64,000 nucleotides of DNA, taken from the IMG/VR virus record IMGVR_UViG_2816332575_000003, positions 5,247 through 69,246 of that record; one strand, written 5' to 3'. Made by a program: the position numbers and the translations under genes. This stretch comes from a virus (Duplodnaviria > Caudoviricetes). Numbering within the stretch: the stretch's first letter is position 1; every line of letters starts with the position of its first letter. The notes beneath the pieces were generated by a model. That model saw nothing but the letters and a program-made list of their open reading frames with translations. It was not told where the DNA came from and searched no databases. This document shows positions 8,796 to 17,503 of this stretch, one piece after another.

Positions 8796-11306
8796 TTGAG
8801 CACCGAGCCACCGCAGGACACCCTCCGTGCCGCGCTCGCCTGGCACGCCGCCGGCGCCAGCGTCGTCCGCGTGGCCACCGACGGCACCAAGCGGCCGCTC
8901 GGCAACTGGGCAGCACACCAGAAGGAACGTGCCACCGAGCAGCAGCTGCGCGCCTGGTTCACCGGCGGCCACCCCGGGCTCGGCATCGTGTGCGGCGCCG
9001 TCTCCGGCGGCCTGGAGATGCTGGAGTTCGAGGGCCGCGCCGTCGCCGAAGGCGTCCTGAAGGAGTTCGGCGAGATCGCCGAGGACTCCGGGCTCGGCGG
9101 CATCTGGAAGCGGGTGGCCGCCGGCTACCTGGAGCGCTCCCCGTCCGGCGGCATCCACGTCCTGTACCGCCTGGACGGGCAGCCGGTGCCGGGCAACACC
9201 AAGCTGGCCCGCCGCCCGGCCCGCGCCGACGAGCTGACCGGCGATGAGCGGCAGGTGCTCGCGAACAAGCCCGGCAAGGTCTTCGTGCGCGATCTTGTCG
9301 AGACCCGCGGCGAGGGCGGTTTCGTCGTCGTCGCCCCCTCCGCCGGGCCCGTGCACGAGACCGGCCTGCCCTACCAGCTGCTCGCCGGCGCACCGGAGAC
9401 CCTCACCGTCGTCACGGCTGAGGAGCGCGAGGCGCTGCACAGCGTCGCCCGCACCCTCGACACCATGCCCGCCGCCATCTTTCCGGCCCCGGCGGATCCG
9501 GTGCAGGAGGCGTTCTTCCGCGCCGCCGCCCCGGCCGCGGACGGCTCTTTGAAGCCCGGCGAGGACTTCGAGCAGCGCGCCGACTGGACCGACATCCTCA
9601 CCCCGCACGGCTGGCGCCTGCTCGGGCAGCGGGGCCGCACCCGCTACTGGCAGCGGCCCGGCAAGAACGGCCTGGGCATCTCCGCCACCACCGGCCACGC
9701 CGACGACCGCGACCGCCTGTACGTCTTCTCCTCCAGCACCGAGTTCGACCCCGAGCGCCCCTACACCAAGTTCGCCGCCCACGCCCTGCTCGAACACCGC
9801 GGCGACTACAGCGGTGCCGCCAAGGAACTGCGCCGCCGCGGCTACGGCACCGCCCCCGAGCGGCACCTTGCGGCCGTGCCCGCACAGCGGGACAGCCCTG
9901 CCGCACCGCCGCCCGTCGACGGCACCGCGGCGCTGAAGGTCGACGAGCCCGAGCCTGCCGCGGACGCCGGCCCGTACTCCTTCACGGACGACGGCAACGC
10001 CCTGCGCCTCGTCGACGCCCACGAGCACGAGATCCGCTACGTGCCCGAGCGCTCCAAGTGGCTGATCTGGGAGGGGCACCGGTGGGGGTGGGACGAAGCC
10101 GGCCACGTCCGGGAGCTGATGAAGGCCATCGCCCGTGACCTGCCCGCCGCGGAGACTCCCGAGCGCAGGCATCGGGCCTACAGCCTCTCCGCGCGCGGCA
10201 CGTCCGCCTCCCTGCAGCAGGCGTGCTCGGACAAGCGGATCGTCGCCCGCGCCTCCAGCCTCGACAGCCACCGGATGGAGCTCAATACCCCCGGCGGCGT
10301 CGCCGACCTGGTCACCGGCGAACTGGCCCCGCCGGATCCGCAGCAGATGCACACCCGCTCCGCCGCGGTGGCGCCCGAGAAGATGGCCACCCCGCGCTGG
10401 GATGCCTTCTTGGAGGACACCTTCGGCGGCGATGCCGAGATGGCCGCGTTCGTGCAGCGCCTGGCCGGCTACTCCGCTTCCGGCGACGTGCGCTACCAGA
10501 TCCTGCCGTTCCTCTTCGGCGGCGGACAGAACGGCAAGTCCGTGCTGATGGACGTGCTGCGCAGCCTGCTCGGCGACTACGCCGCGCCTGCCCCCGCGGC
10601 GTTCCTGATGGCCGGGAAGAACGAGCACTCCGCCGAACTCGCACAGCTGCAGGGGCTGCGGCTGGTCATCGCCTCGGAGGTCAACCAGGACGCCCGGTTC
10701 GACGAGGCCAAGATGAAGGAACTCACCGGCGGGGAAGCGATCCGCGCCCGCTTCATGCGCCAGGACTTCTTCACCTTCGAGCCCACGCATCACCTGTGGC
10801 TGATGGGCAACCACCAGCCCGAAGTCAAGGCGGGCGGGGACTCGTTCTGGCGGCGCCTTCGCTTGGTGCCGTTCCTGCACAAGGTCCCCGAGCACAAGAA
10901 GATCGAGAATCTGTCGCGGCTCCTCGTCGACGAGGAGGGCCCCGGCATTCTCGCCTGGGTCGTCCAGGGGGCCGTGGACGTTTTCGGCGGCGGCCTGCGC
11001 GCTCCCGAGTCCGTCATGGCCGCCACCCGCGCCTACGCCGACGAAGAAGACGCCCTCGGCCGGTTCCTGGACGCGTGCTGCATGCGCGCCACCACCGACG
11101 TGGTGCGCCTGGAGACGAAGAAGCTGCGCGCCGCCTACGAGACGTGGTGCCACGCCGAGGGGGAGACGCCGCTCAAGCCGCAGTCGCTCGGCCGGGAGCT
11201 GAAGCGGAGGGGGATCAGCCGCAGTGACAGTAACGGCCGCGCCTTCTACCTCGGACTGTCACTGCTCGCCGCTGAAGACGAGGGGTGGGGACATGACAAC
11301 GACTGA
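8796..11306 (+). CDS. Primase-polymerase / D5 (P4-family) helicase
   Basis: Prim-pol N-terminus (SPSGGIHVLY), D5_N (TDDGNA), Walker A GGGQNGKS, ASEV, GNHQP. Confidence 0.92.
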   Translation: MSTEPPQDTLRAALAWHAAGASVVRVATDGTKRPLGNWAAHQKERATEQQLRAWFTGGHPGLGIVCGAVSGGLEMLEFEGRAVAEGVLKEFGEIAEDSGLGGIWKRVAAGYLERSPSGGIHVLYRLDGQPVPGNTKLARRPARADELTGDERQVLANKPGKVFVRDLVETRGEGGFVVVAPSAGPVHETGLPYQLLAGAPETLTVVTAEEREALHSVARTLDTMPAAIFPAPADPVQEAFFRAAAPAADGSLKPGEDFEQRADWTDILTPHGWRLLGQRGRTRYWQRPGKNGLGISATTGHADDRDRLYVFSSSTEFDPERPYTKFAAHALLEHRGDYSGAAKELRRRGYGTAPERHLAAVPAQRDSPAAPPPVDGTAALKVDEPEPAADAGPYSFTDDGNALRLVDAHEHEIRYVPERSKWLIWEGHRWGWDEAGHVRELMKAIARDLPAAETPERRHRAYSLSARGTSASLQQACSDKRIVARASSLDSHRMELNTPGGVADLVTGELAPPDPQQMHTRSAAVAPEKMATPRWDAFLEDTFGGDAEMAAFVQRLAGYSASGDVRYQILPFLFGGGQNGKSVLMDVLRSLLGDYAAPAPAAFLMAGKNEHSAELAQLQGLRLVIASEVNQDARFDEAKMKELTGGEAIRARFMRQDFFTFEPTHHLWLMGNHQPEVKAGGDSFWRRLRLVPFLHKVPEHKKIENLSRLLVDEEGPGILAWVVQGAVDVFGGGLRAPESVMAATRAYADEEDALGRFLDACCMRATTDVVRLETKKLRAAYETWCHAEGETPLKPQSLGRELKRRGISRSDSNGRAFYLGLSLLAAEDEGWGHDND

Positions 11307-11505
11307 GGCAGTGACAGTAACCCCCCTCGCAGTGACAGCAGCAGTGACCGAAAAAGTGACAGTAAAAACCGACGTTCTTGCAGGTCACGGCCTTGCAGTG
11401 ACAGCAGTGACAGTAATCCCCGGGTTCCACTGCATACGCGCACACGCACACGCAGGTGGAGGAGTTATATGCAGAACGCCGTTTTACTGTCACTGCTGTC
11501 ACTGC
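11221..11505. repeat. Iteron-like (CA)GTGACAG repeat cluster, putative replication origin
   Basis: Multiple direct and inverted GTGACAG copies; perfect 22-bp inverted repeat at 11395-11416 and 11484-11505. Confidence 0.75.
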
Positions 11506-11523
11506 CAGGGGCGGTGAAGCGCC

Positions 11524-11895
11524 GTGCCAGCCCCTAAACGGAATCCGCCCACCTGGCTCGACACGTCCGCGCCGCAGAGCGACCGGCCGCGCGCCCAGCA
11601 GTGCCCGCGCTGCCGCGCCCCGGTTCTGCGTGCCCTGGCCGGCCGCACCGCCGCCGTTGATGTCCGCGCCGATCCGTACCCGCTCGGTCTCGCGGCCGAG
11701 CTTCAGGCGCGGCTTGCCGGACGGTTCACCTACTGCCTGCGCCTGCACCCGCACTTGCCGCCGCGGCTGCTGATCCGCGACCGCTGGCACATCGCCGGCG
11801 GCACCTGCGCCCACCTGGTCGTCGCCGACCACCACTGCACCCGCGCCACCGCACCGGCGGCGACCCCGCCGCCCGGACCCGACCGCCTGTTCTGA
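11524..11895 (+). CDS. Zn-finger phage protein
   Basis: CPRC ... HHC. Confidence 0.6.
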   Translation: MPAPKRNPPTWLDTSAPQSDRPRAQQCPRCRAPVLRALAGRTAAVDVRADPYPLGLAAELQARLAGRFTYCLRLHPHLPPRLLIRDRWHIAGGTCAHLVVADHHCTRATAPAATPPPGPDRLF

Positions 11896-11910
11896 GAGGA
11901 GAACCCCGCC

Positions 11911-12531
11911 ATGGCTACCCCGATCACCCACCCCGACTTCCTCGCCGGGACCACCGCCCGTACACCGTGCGCACTGCAGCCTGCTCGTTTCCACTCCAGC
12001 GACGACGCTGCCGTCGACCTGTGCCTGGACTGCCCGCTGATGCTCGCCTGCCGCCAGTGGGCGCGCGAGCACCGCGCCGCCGGCGTATGGGGTGCCGAGA
12101 CCACTGTCGAGCGCACCGCGGCCGGCTGCCCGCCTGAGACCGAGCCGGAGCCGGAGGACATCCGGCCCGTGTGCGGCACCGAGGCGGGTGCCCAGTGGCA
12201 CCGCCGCTACGACCCCGACGGCCCGTGCCCGGCATGCCGGAACGCGGCACGCAGCGCCATGCGGCGGCGCAACCGGGAACGGGATGCCGCACTGGGCACC
12301 GTGTGGCCGCCCCGCCTGCCCGAGCAGGAGCAGAAGATCCTGGAGGCGTTCGCCGCAGGCATGGACCGTGCGGCGATCGGCCGCCGCTTCCGCCTCCAGC
12401 GCAAGACCGTCGCCACCTACCTGTACCGGATCCGCAGGCGCCTGCGGACCGACGAAGCCGGACTCGTCGCGGCGGCACAGGCTGTCGGCCTGCTGCCCGC
12501 GGCGCAGCGTGAGTTCGGGGAGGCCGCCTGA
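11911..12531 (+). CDS. WhiB-family regulator fused to a Zn motif and a LuxR/sigma4-like HTH
   Basis: C...CLDCPLMLAC...GVWG WhiB motif; C-terminal EQKILEAFAAG...KTVATYLYRIRRRL. Confidence 0.75.
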   Translation: MATPITHPDFLAGTTARTPCALQPARFHSSDDAAVDLCLDCPLMLACRQWAREHRAAGVWGAETTVERTAAGCPPETEPEPEDIRPVCGTEAGAQWHRRYDPDGPCPACRNAARSAMRRRNRERDAALGTVWPPRLPEQEQKILEAFAAGMDRAAIGRRFRLQRKTVATYLYRIRRRLRTDEAGLVAAAQAVGLLPAAQREFGEAA

Positions 12532-12911
12532 TGCCCGACACCCGCCCCCGCACGCTGACCGGAACTGTCTCGGCCGTCCAGCGCCCGTACCTGGTCCGGG
12601 GTGACGACACGGTGCCGGAGCTGCGCTTCCGGCTGTCGGTGAAGCGCTGGACACCCGAGGGCCGCTACGGCGGCACGGACGTGCACCACGTGGTGCTGCG
12701 CGACGAGCACACCAACCTCGCCGTCAGCTACGTGCACGCGCTGGCGGTCGGCACCCGCCTGCACCTGCACGGCACGTGGCGCCAGCGCCTCGACGCCGAC
12801 GCCTGGATCGACGAGTTCACCGTCACCCGCCTGTGGACGCCGCTGCCCATCCCGTCCGGCACCCGCCTCGGACGCCTGCCCGCACAGCGCACCGAAGGAG
12901 ACGACCGGTGA
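12531..12911 (+). CDS. SSB-like OB-fold protein
   Basis: TLTG...LRF...VGTRLHLHG OB-fold pattern. Confidence 0.5.
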   Translation: MPDTRPRTLTGTVSAVQRPYLVRGDDTVPELRFRLSVKRWTPEGRYGGTDVHHVVLRDEHTNLAVSYVHALAVGTRLHLHGTWRQRLDADAWIDEFTVTRLWTPLPIPSGTRLGRLPAQRTEGDDR

Positions 12912-13243
12912 CTACTCGCCCGAACGCCTCGCAGATCAATGACGACCAGCTCGACGCGCTGTACGCCGAGCTGGAACGGGCCCGGCAGGCCCTGAGCGCC
13001 CGCGAGGCGGCCCCGGAGTCGCCAGACGGGGCTGAACCCGTCCGGGGCGCCGAGAGGCCGCCAGAGGGCCAGGGAGGCCACACGTACCTGTCGACCGGCT
13101 GCCTGCACGGCGAGCACGGCTACTGCCAGTCCATGACCGGCCTGGCGGGGGCCAAGCGCCCGGCCCGCTGCAAGTTCTGCGAGGCGCCGTGCATCTGCCC
13201 CTGCCACCAGGCTGCGGGGCCGTCGCCGAAGGAGGCCGCCTGA
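12908..13243 (+). CDS. Phage hypothetical protein
   Basis: HTYLSTGCLHGEHGYCQ ... CKFC..CICPCH. Confidence 0.65.
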   Translation: MTTRPNASQINDDQLDALYAELERARQALSAREAAPESPDGAEPVRGAERPPEGQGGHTYLSTGCLHGEHGYCQSMTGLAGAKRPARCKFCEAPCICPCHQAAGPSPKEAA

Positions 13244-13512
13244 TGCCCCGCGTGATCCGCGCCCGCGACGTCGCCACCGTCCTCGCCGACGGCGGCTACG
13301 GGCCGTCCGAGTACGACCCGGACTACGGCTGGGATCCCGGCTACCGGGCCGTCCAGTCCGGCCGCCGTCAGGTCAACGTCTTCCACGACGGGCCCGGCGA
13401 GGAAGCCTGCCTGGAGCAGTACACGGCCGAGCTGCGGGCCGCCGGATTTCACGTCGTCGCCGACCAGGTGCCCGGCGGCGGACGGCGCCGCCTGCACATC
13501 ACCCGCCCCTGA
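13243..13512 (+). CDS. Phage hypothetical protein
   Basis: RBS present; coupled. Confidence 0.55.
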   Translation: MPRVIRARDVATVLADGGYGPSEYDPDYGWDPGYRAVQSGRRQVNVFHDGPGEEACLEQYTAELRAAGFHVVADQVPGGGRRRLHITRP

Positions 13513-13530
13513 CCCGATCGAGGAGAGCAA

Positions 13531-14544
13531 GTGAAAGTCGCCGACGACATCCTGCACAGCCTGGCCAGCGCCGCCGTTGACGGCCCGCGGCTGGTGCTCG
13601 CCGGGCCGCGCATGGACCCCAAGCTGTACGGCCGGATCAACGAGGTCCTGGAGGCTGTCGGCGGCCGGTGGACGAAGCAGGCGGGAGCTCACGTGTTCCC
13701 GGTGGATGCGGCCGAGGCCGTAGCCCCGGTGCTCGCCACCGGTGAGGTCGTGACGCTGCGGGAGAAACGCAACGACGCGCAGTACTTCCCCACGCCCGCC
13801 GCGGTCGTCGACCGGCTGCTCGCGGCGGCGGACCTGCGTCCGGACATGGAGGTGCTGGAGCCGTCGGCCGGCTCCGGCGCCATCGCCAGCGCAGCAGCGG
13901 CGCGCGGGGCTGTGGTCGACTGCATCGAGCGCGACCCCGGGTACGCAGCCGTCCTCGCCGACACCGGCGCGGCCCGCACCGTGCGGGTCGCCGACTTCCT
14001 GACCGTGGCGCCGGAGCCGGTCTACGACCGGGTGGTGATGAACCCGCCGTTCACCCGCGGCGCCGACGTCGAGCACGTCCAGCACGCGCTGCGGTTCCTG
14101 AAGCCGGACGGCCTGCTCGTCGCCGTCATGTCCCAGGCGGTCAGCTACCAGAAAGGCGCCGCCGCGGCCTTTCGCAACCTCGTCGAACAGCGCGGCGGAC
14201 AGGCCGAGATGCTGCCGGAGAAGGCGTTCGCCGAATCCGGCACCGGGGTGGGCACCATCCTCGTGGCCATTCCCGCCACGCGCAGCGCCGCCGTCCGGCC
14301 GCTGGTGTGGCCGACGCACGAGCAGCCTGTCTCCGGGCCCGAGGACTTCGGTGATCCGGCGGCCATCGCACGCGAGATCGTTGACAGCTTGCGCAAGGCC
14401 ACCGCGGCCTTCGACGCCGTAGCCCGAGCTCTGGAACGCGCCCAACAACGCGCAGCGCCGAAGCCCGTGGTCACCGACCTGCCGGTGTCCGCTGGCCCGC
14501 ACGGCCAACCCACCTTGTTCGACCTCCTCGACGAAGCCTCCTGA
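13531..14544 (+). CDS. Amino DNA methyltransferase, copy 2 (paralogue of 4042-4797)
   Basis: YFPTP, VLEPSAGSG, VMNPPF. Confidence 0.85.
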   Translation: MKVADDILHSLASAAVDGPRLVLAGPRMDPKLYGRINEVLEAVGGRWTKQAGAHVFPVDAAEAVAPVLATGEVVTLREKRNDAQYFPTPAAVVDRLLAAADLRPDMEVLEPSAGSGAIASAAAARGAVVDCIERDPGYAAVLADTGAARTVRVADFLTVAPEPVYDRVVMNPPFTRGADVEHVQHALRFLKPDGLLVAVMSQAVSYQKGAAAAFRNLVEQRGGQAEMLPEKAFAESGTGVGTILVAIPATRSAAVRPLVWPTHEQPVSGPEDFGDPAAIAREIVDSLRKATAAFDAVARALERAQQRAAPKPVVTDLPVSAGPHGQPTLFDLLDEAS

Positions 14545-14574
14545 CCCCGCCCGCACGAACGCAAGGAGACCGCC

Positions 14575-15213
14575 ATGCACGACCGCGACGCCGTCAACCC
14601 AGTTTGCACGATTTGCATGCGCGGTCTTCGCGATGACGAGTGGGACCGTCTCGCGTGCCGCATCTGCCAGGACCGCGGCACCGCGATGCTCAGCGCCCTG
14701 CCGGGCCTGTACGACCAGCTCGGCGACCTCCTCGAGCCGGGCCCGGGGCGGGGCGACGGGCGCGTATCCGGAACGCGCGGCGCGCCGCTGCCGTGCTCGC
14801 TGCACGTGCTGGATCTGCGGGCCCGCGGCGGGCTGGTGACCGTCCTCGCCGACTGGGAGGCTGCAGTGCGGGACGAACTCGGCTACACGGCAGCGGTGTT
14901 CCGGGGCGACCTGCGACAAACCCTCGCCGGAGTAGTCAGCTTCCTGACCGCCAACGCCCCGTGGGTCTACGCGTCGTTCCCCGCCGTTGCCGATCTGCAC
15001 CGTGAACTCCGCGCCCTTCACAGCCACGCCGCCCGCATGGTCACCGGCGAACAAGCGGAACGCAAAGTCCGTGTCCTGTGCGGCTGTGGCGCGACCCTCC
15101 CGTTCACCGTCTCCACCCCCGGCGAGAAGTGCCGCACCTGCGGTACCCAGTACGGGCACGCTGACCTTTTCGACCTGCCGCTCGCCGACCGGGCCGAAAG
15201 GAGCGCCGCGTGA
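14575..15213 (+). CDS. Multi Zn-finger phage protein (possible transcription regulator)
   Basis: CTIC, CRIC, CGC and CRTC motifs; at the end of the early operon. Confidence 0.6.
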   Translation: MHDRDAVNPVCTICMRGLRDDEWDRLACRICQDRGTAMLSALPGLYDQLGDLLEPGPGRGDGRVSGTRGAPLPCSLHVLDLRARGGLVTVLADWEAAVRDELGYTAAVFRGDLRQTLAGVVSFLTANAPWVYASFPAVADLHRELRALHSHAARMVTGEQAERKVRVLCGCGATLPFTVSTPGEKCRTCGTQYGHADLFDLPLADRAERSAA

Positions 15214-15383
15214 GCGTCCCAGGATTCGCCGCGCTCGTTCTGAGCCTCGCCGCTCTGGTCATGTCGCTTCTGGCGTGGCGGATCAACCGCCGCACCCGAA
15301 GGACCCTGAAGAGGACCGACGAGAACCTGGCGCGCAGCCAGGCTGTACTCAACCAGGTACGGCGGGGTGGAGGCGAGACGTGA
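15210..15383 (+). CDS. Small membrane protein
   Basis: One TM helix; GTGA overlaps. Confidence 0.45.
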   Translation: MSVPGFAALVLSLAALVMSLLAWRINRRTRRTLKRTDENLARSQAVLNQVRRGGGET

Positions 15384-15619
15384 CCGACGACGACCCCGTC
15401 CGGCCGGCCGCGATGCGCCTGCCCATCGTGACCGGTACGGACGGGCAGCCGTACCTCGGCTGTGACGCGGTGGTGGCGCTGCTGCGGGCCATCGCCGCAT
15501 CCTGCCGCACCCTCGCCGACGACCCCGAATGCGACCTCGACAGCGCCGCAGCGGTCATCGACTACGAGGCGGATGCCCTGGAGTGCCGGGCCATCGACCG
15601 CACCCGCCGGTCAGCCTGA
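15380..15619 (+). CDS. Hypothetical protein
   Basis: GGAGG RBS; coupled. Confidence 0.5.
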   Translation: MTDDDPVRPAAMRLPIVTGTDGQPYLGCDAVVALLRAIAASCRTLADDPECDLDSAAAVIDYEADALECRAIDRTRRSA

Positions 15620-15802
15620 CGCGAGCCGTCGCGCCACGTTCGCCGACCACCGGCGGGCCAGCGCCGCCACCCCGTCCTCGCCCCGGCCCACCTCGGCCAG
15701 CAGTGCCACCGCGGCCCGCGCCTCACCCGCCGTGACCAGCGGCAGGCGCGGGTCGTCCGTGTCCAGCAGGGCGTGCAGGGCGGCCAGGTCGTCATCGGTC
15801 AC
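15611..15802 (-). CDS. Hypothetical protein
   Basis: 63-aa ORF with typical codon usage. Confidence 0.45.
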   Translation of the reverse strand: MTDDDLAALHALLDTDDPRLPLVTAGEARAAVALLAEVGRGEDGVAALARRWSANVARRLASG

Positions 15803-15853
15803 GGTGAGAGAACGGGGCCGGGAGTCGGCCGGTTACGCAGCCATGAGTAACGA

Positions 15854-15892
15854 AAGAGCCCCCACCCGGCGACCGCCGGGTGGGGGCCTTCT
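15854..15892. terminator. Intrinsic terminator-like hairpin
   Basis: GCCCCCACCCGGCG..CGCCGGGTGGGGGC with A/T flanks. Confidence 0.7.
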
Positions 15893-15929
15893 GCATTGCT
15901 CCGGAAAGCGGCGGGTGCGGACGGGATGG

Positions 15930-16226
15930 TCAGTTCCACCCGATTGTCGCGTAGACCAGCCCCGAAGCGGCGTGTACTGCTACGGGAATCACGGCCCCGG
16001 GCCACGGTTTGCGCCTCCTGGCGATGCACGCAGCGAGGGCGGCGACTGGGCCGACCCATCCGAGCAGGTAGAGGACGACAGTGCTGTTGTCGAGCCAGTC
16101 GAAAAGCGCAGCCGTCCGACCCACCCGTGACAGCAGACACAGGCAGGAGAACACCAGAGCCGAACCCCACAGGTTGGCTTCTACCGACTTGGGCCCATGA
16201 GCAGTACTCACACGCGAATTCGTCAT
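15930..16226 (-). CDS. Small multi-TM protein, candidate bacteriocin immunity protein
   Basis: About 3 hydrophobic segments; starts 14 nt after the stop of the toxin-like ORF. Confidence 0.5.
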   Translation of the reverse strand: MTNSRVSTAHGPKSVEANLWGSALVFSCLCLLSRVGRTAALFDWLDNSTVVLYLLGWVGPVAALAACIARRRKPWPGAVIPVAVHAASGLVYATIGWN

Positions 16227-16240
16227 GGCGTGAACTGAAG

Positions 16241-16696
16241 TCAGCCGGTTATCTGCCTGATGACCCAGTCGATCACATCTGCGCCGCTAGCAGCTACGAG
16301 AAGTCGCACCGGGTGGTACCACGGCAGGTTTTCGGCCCACCTCTTGAAAGATGCGGCGCCCCCCTTGGCGGCACTGACGGCCTTCTTGAAGAACGCTCCC
16401 CCCTGCTTCTTGATGAGGGCAATGAGGGCCTTGCCCGCACTACTGGCGGCTCCACGCTCCTCGGCGGCAGAAGCCGTGCCAGCAGCGACCGCCGCGACAG
16501 CAGCTCGCCCCTCTGCGCCAAGCTCCGCGGATATCTCAGGCGATGCCAGCAGCTGTCGCGCGTGAGGGGCGCTGAGCGTCGACTGAGCCGCAGGGGTGCT
16601 GGGGGCTTCTGCGGCGGTCGCGGCAGGCGCAGCGACGCCGAAGGCGACCGCCGCCATCACGGTTGCTGCGGACGTGCGCAGGGTATTGCGATTCAC
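16241..16696 (-). CDS. Secreted precursor of a cationic amphipathic (bacteriocin-like) peptide
   Basis: AAGGAG RBS; Sec signal ending AATA-A; Lys/Trp-rich C-terminal domain of about 70 aa. Confidence 0.6.
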   Translation of the reverse strand: MNRNTLRTSAATVMAAVAFGVAAPAATAAEAPSTPAAQSTLSAPHARQLLASPEISAELGAEGRAAVAAVAAGTASAAEERGAASSAGKALIALIKKQGGAFFKKAVSAAKGGAASFKRWAENLPWYHPVRLLVAASGADVIDWVIRQITG

Positions 16697-17030
16697 GTAA
16701 TACGCTCCTTGTAGTCGGATTCTTGCGCTCATGCAAGGCTCGTCAAAACCGAAGAAGACGCGGGATTTTCGAATCAGAAGGCAGTGGTTCGATACCGGAT
16801 CACCGTCCTACCCTCTGAAAATCCTCGCCCGTCACGCGCCCAGCAATAAGAAGAGGCCGGACCCTCCCGAGCTGCCGATGCATAGATCATCCGGGGGTGT
16901 CATCTAACTGGCAACCTTTTTAGTGTCAGCTTAAGTGCGCGGCAGTCATACTCTTCAGCTCGCTGGACTGCCGACGGACGGTCGTGAAAGCGGAGACCCA
17001 TGACGGCGGCACGGGGCCCTCGACGCACGA

Positions 17031-17060
17031 CGAAGCCCCCGCCGAGGCGGGGGCTCTTTG
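17031..17060. terminator. Terminator hairpin
   Basis: GAAGCCCCCGCCGAGGCGGGGGCTCTTT. Confidence 0.65.
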
Positions 17061-17070
17061 CTGTGCTGGC

Positions 17071-17466
17071 TCAGATCTTCCGCAGGAACACCTTCGCCGT
17101 GTTGTGGAAGCACACGGTCACGCCCTGGCTCGTCTGCCCCTCGCGCGTCGACCACCGCTCGATCCGCTCGATCTCCGGCGACTCCGCGCCCGACAGGACC
17201 GCCGCCAGCCAGCCCTCCGCGTTGTCGCCCGCCTGCGGCTCGACGGCCGGCGCGGGCTGGCCCTCCACGGGCGTGTCCGGGTCGTCGTGGCGCGTGCCGG
17301 ACGCCAGCTGGCCGATGATCTGCCAGCGCGACTCGCCCCCCGGGCCCGCCACCGCCACACCGTAGGGGTGCCGGCTGTCGCCCGCCTCGGAAAGCAGCTG
17401 CACGCGGGACGCGCCGCCGTTCTTCAGCACGTCGACGACGAAGTTCTGGAAACGCTGCGGGCGCAT
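17071..17466 (-). CDS. Hypothetical protein co-transcribed with the kinase
   Basis: AAAGGA RBS; MRPQRFQNF start. Confidence 0.6.
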   Translation of the reverse strand: MRPQRFQNFVVDVLKNGGASRVQLLSEAGDSRHPYGVAVAGPGGESRWQIIGQLASGTRHDDPDTPVEGQPAPAVEPQAGDNAEGWLAAVLSGAESPEIERIERWSTREGQTSQGVTVCFHNTAKVFLRKI

Positions 17467-17503
17467 GATCGGATCCTTTCGGGGCAATGGGGAGATTCTA
17501 TGC

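Noticed and set aside
8628-11153. 841-aa minus-strand ORF (and similar long antisense ORFs such as 27253-29610, 13120-15159 and 50965-52599)
   Set aside because: Shadow ORFs of real genes caused by high-GC codon bias; no recognisable motifs
11224-11517. VTAVT-repeat ORFs
   Set aside because: Translation artefacts of the origin repeats
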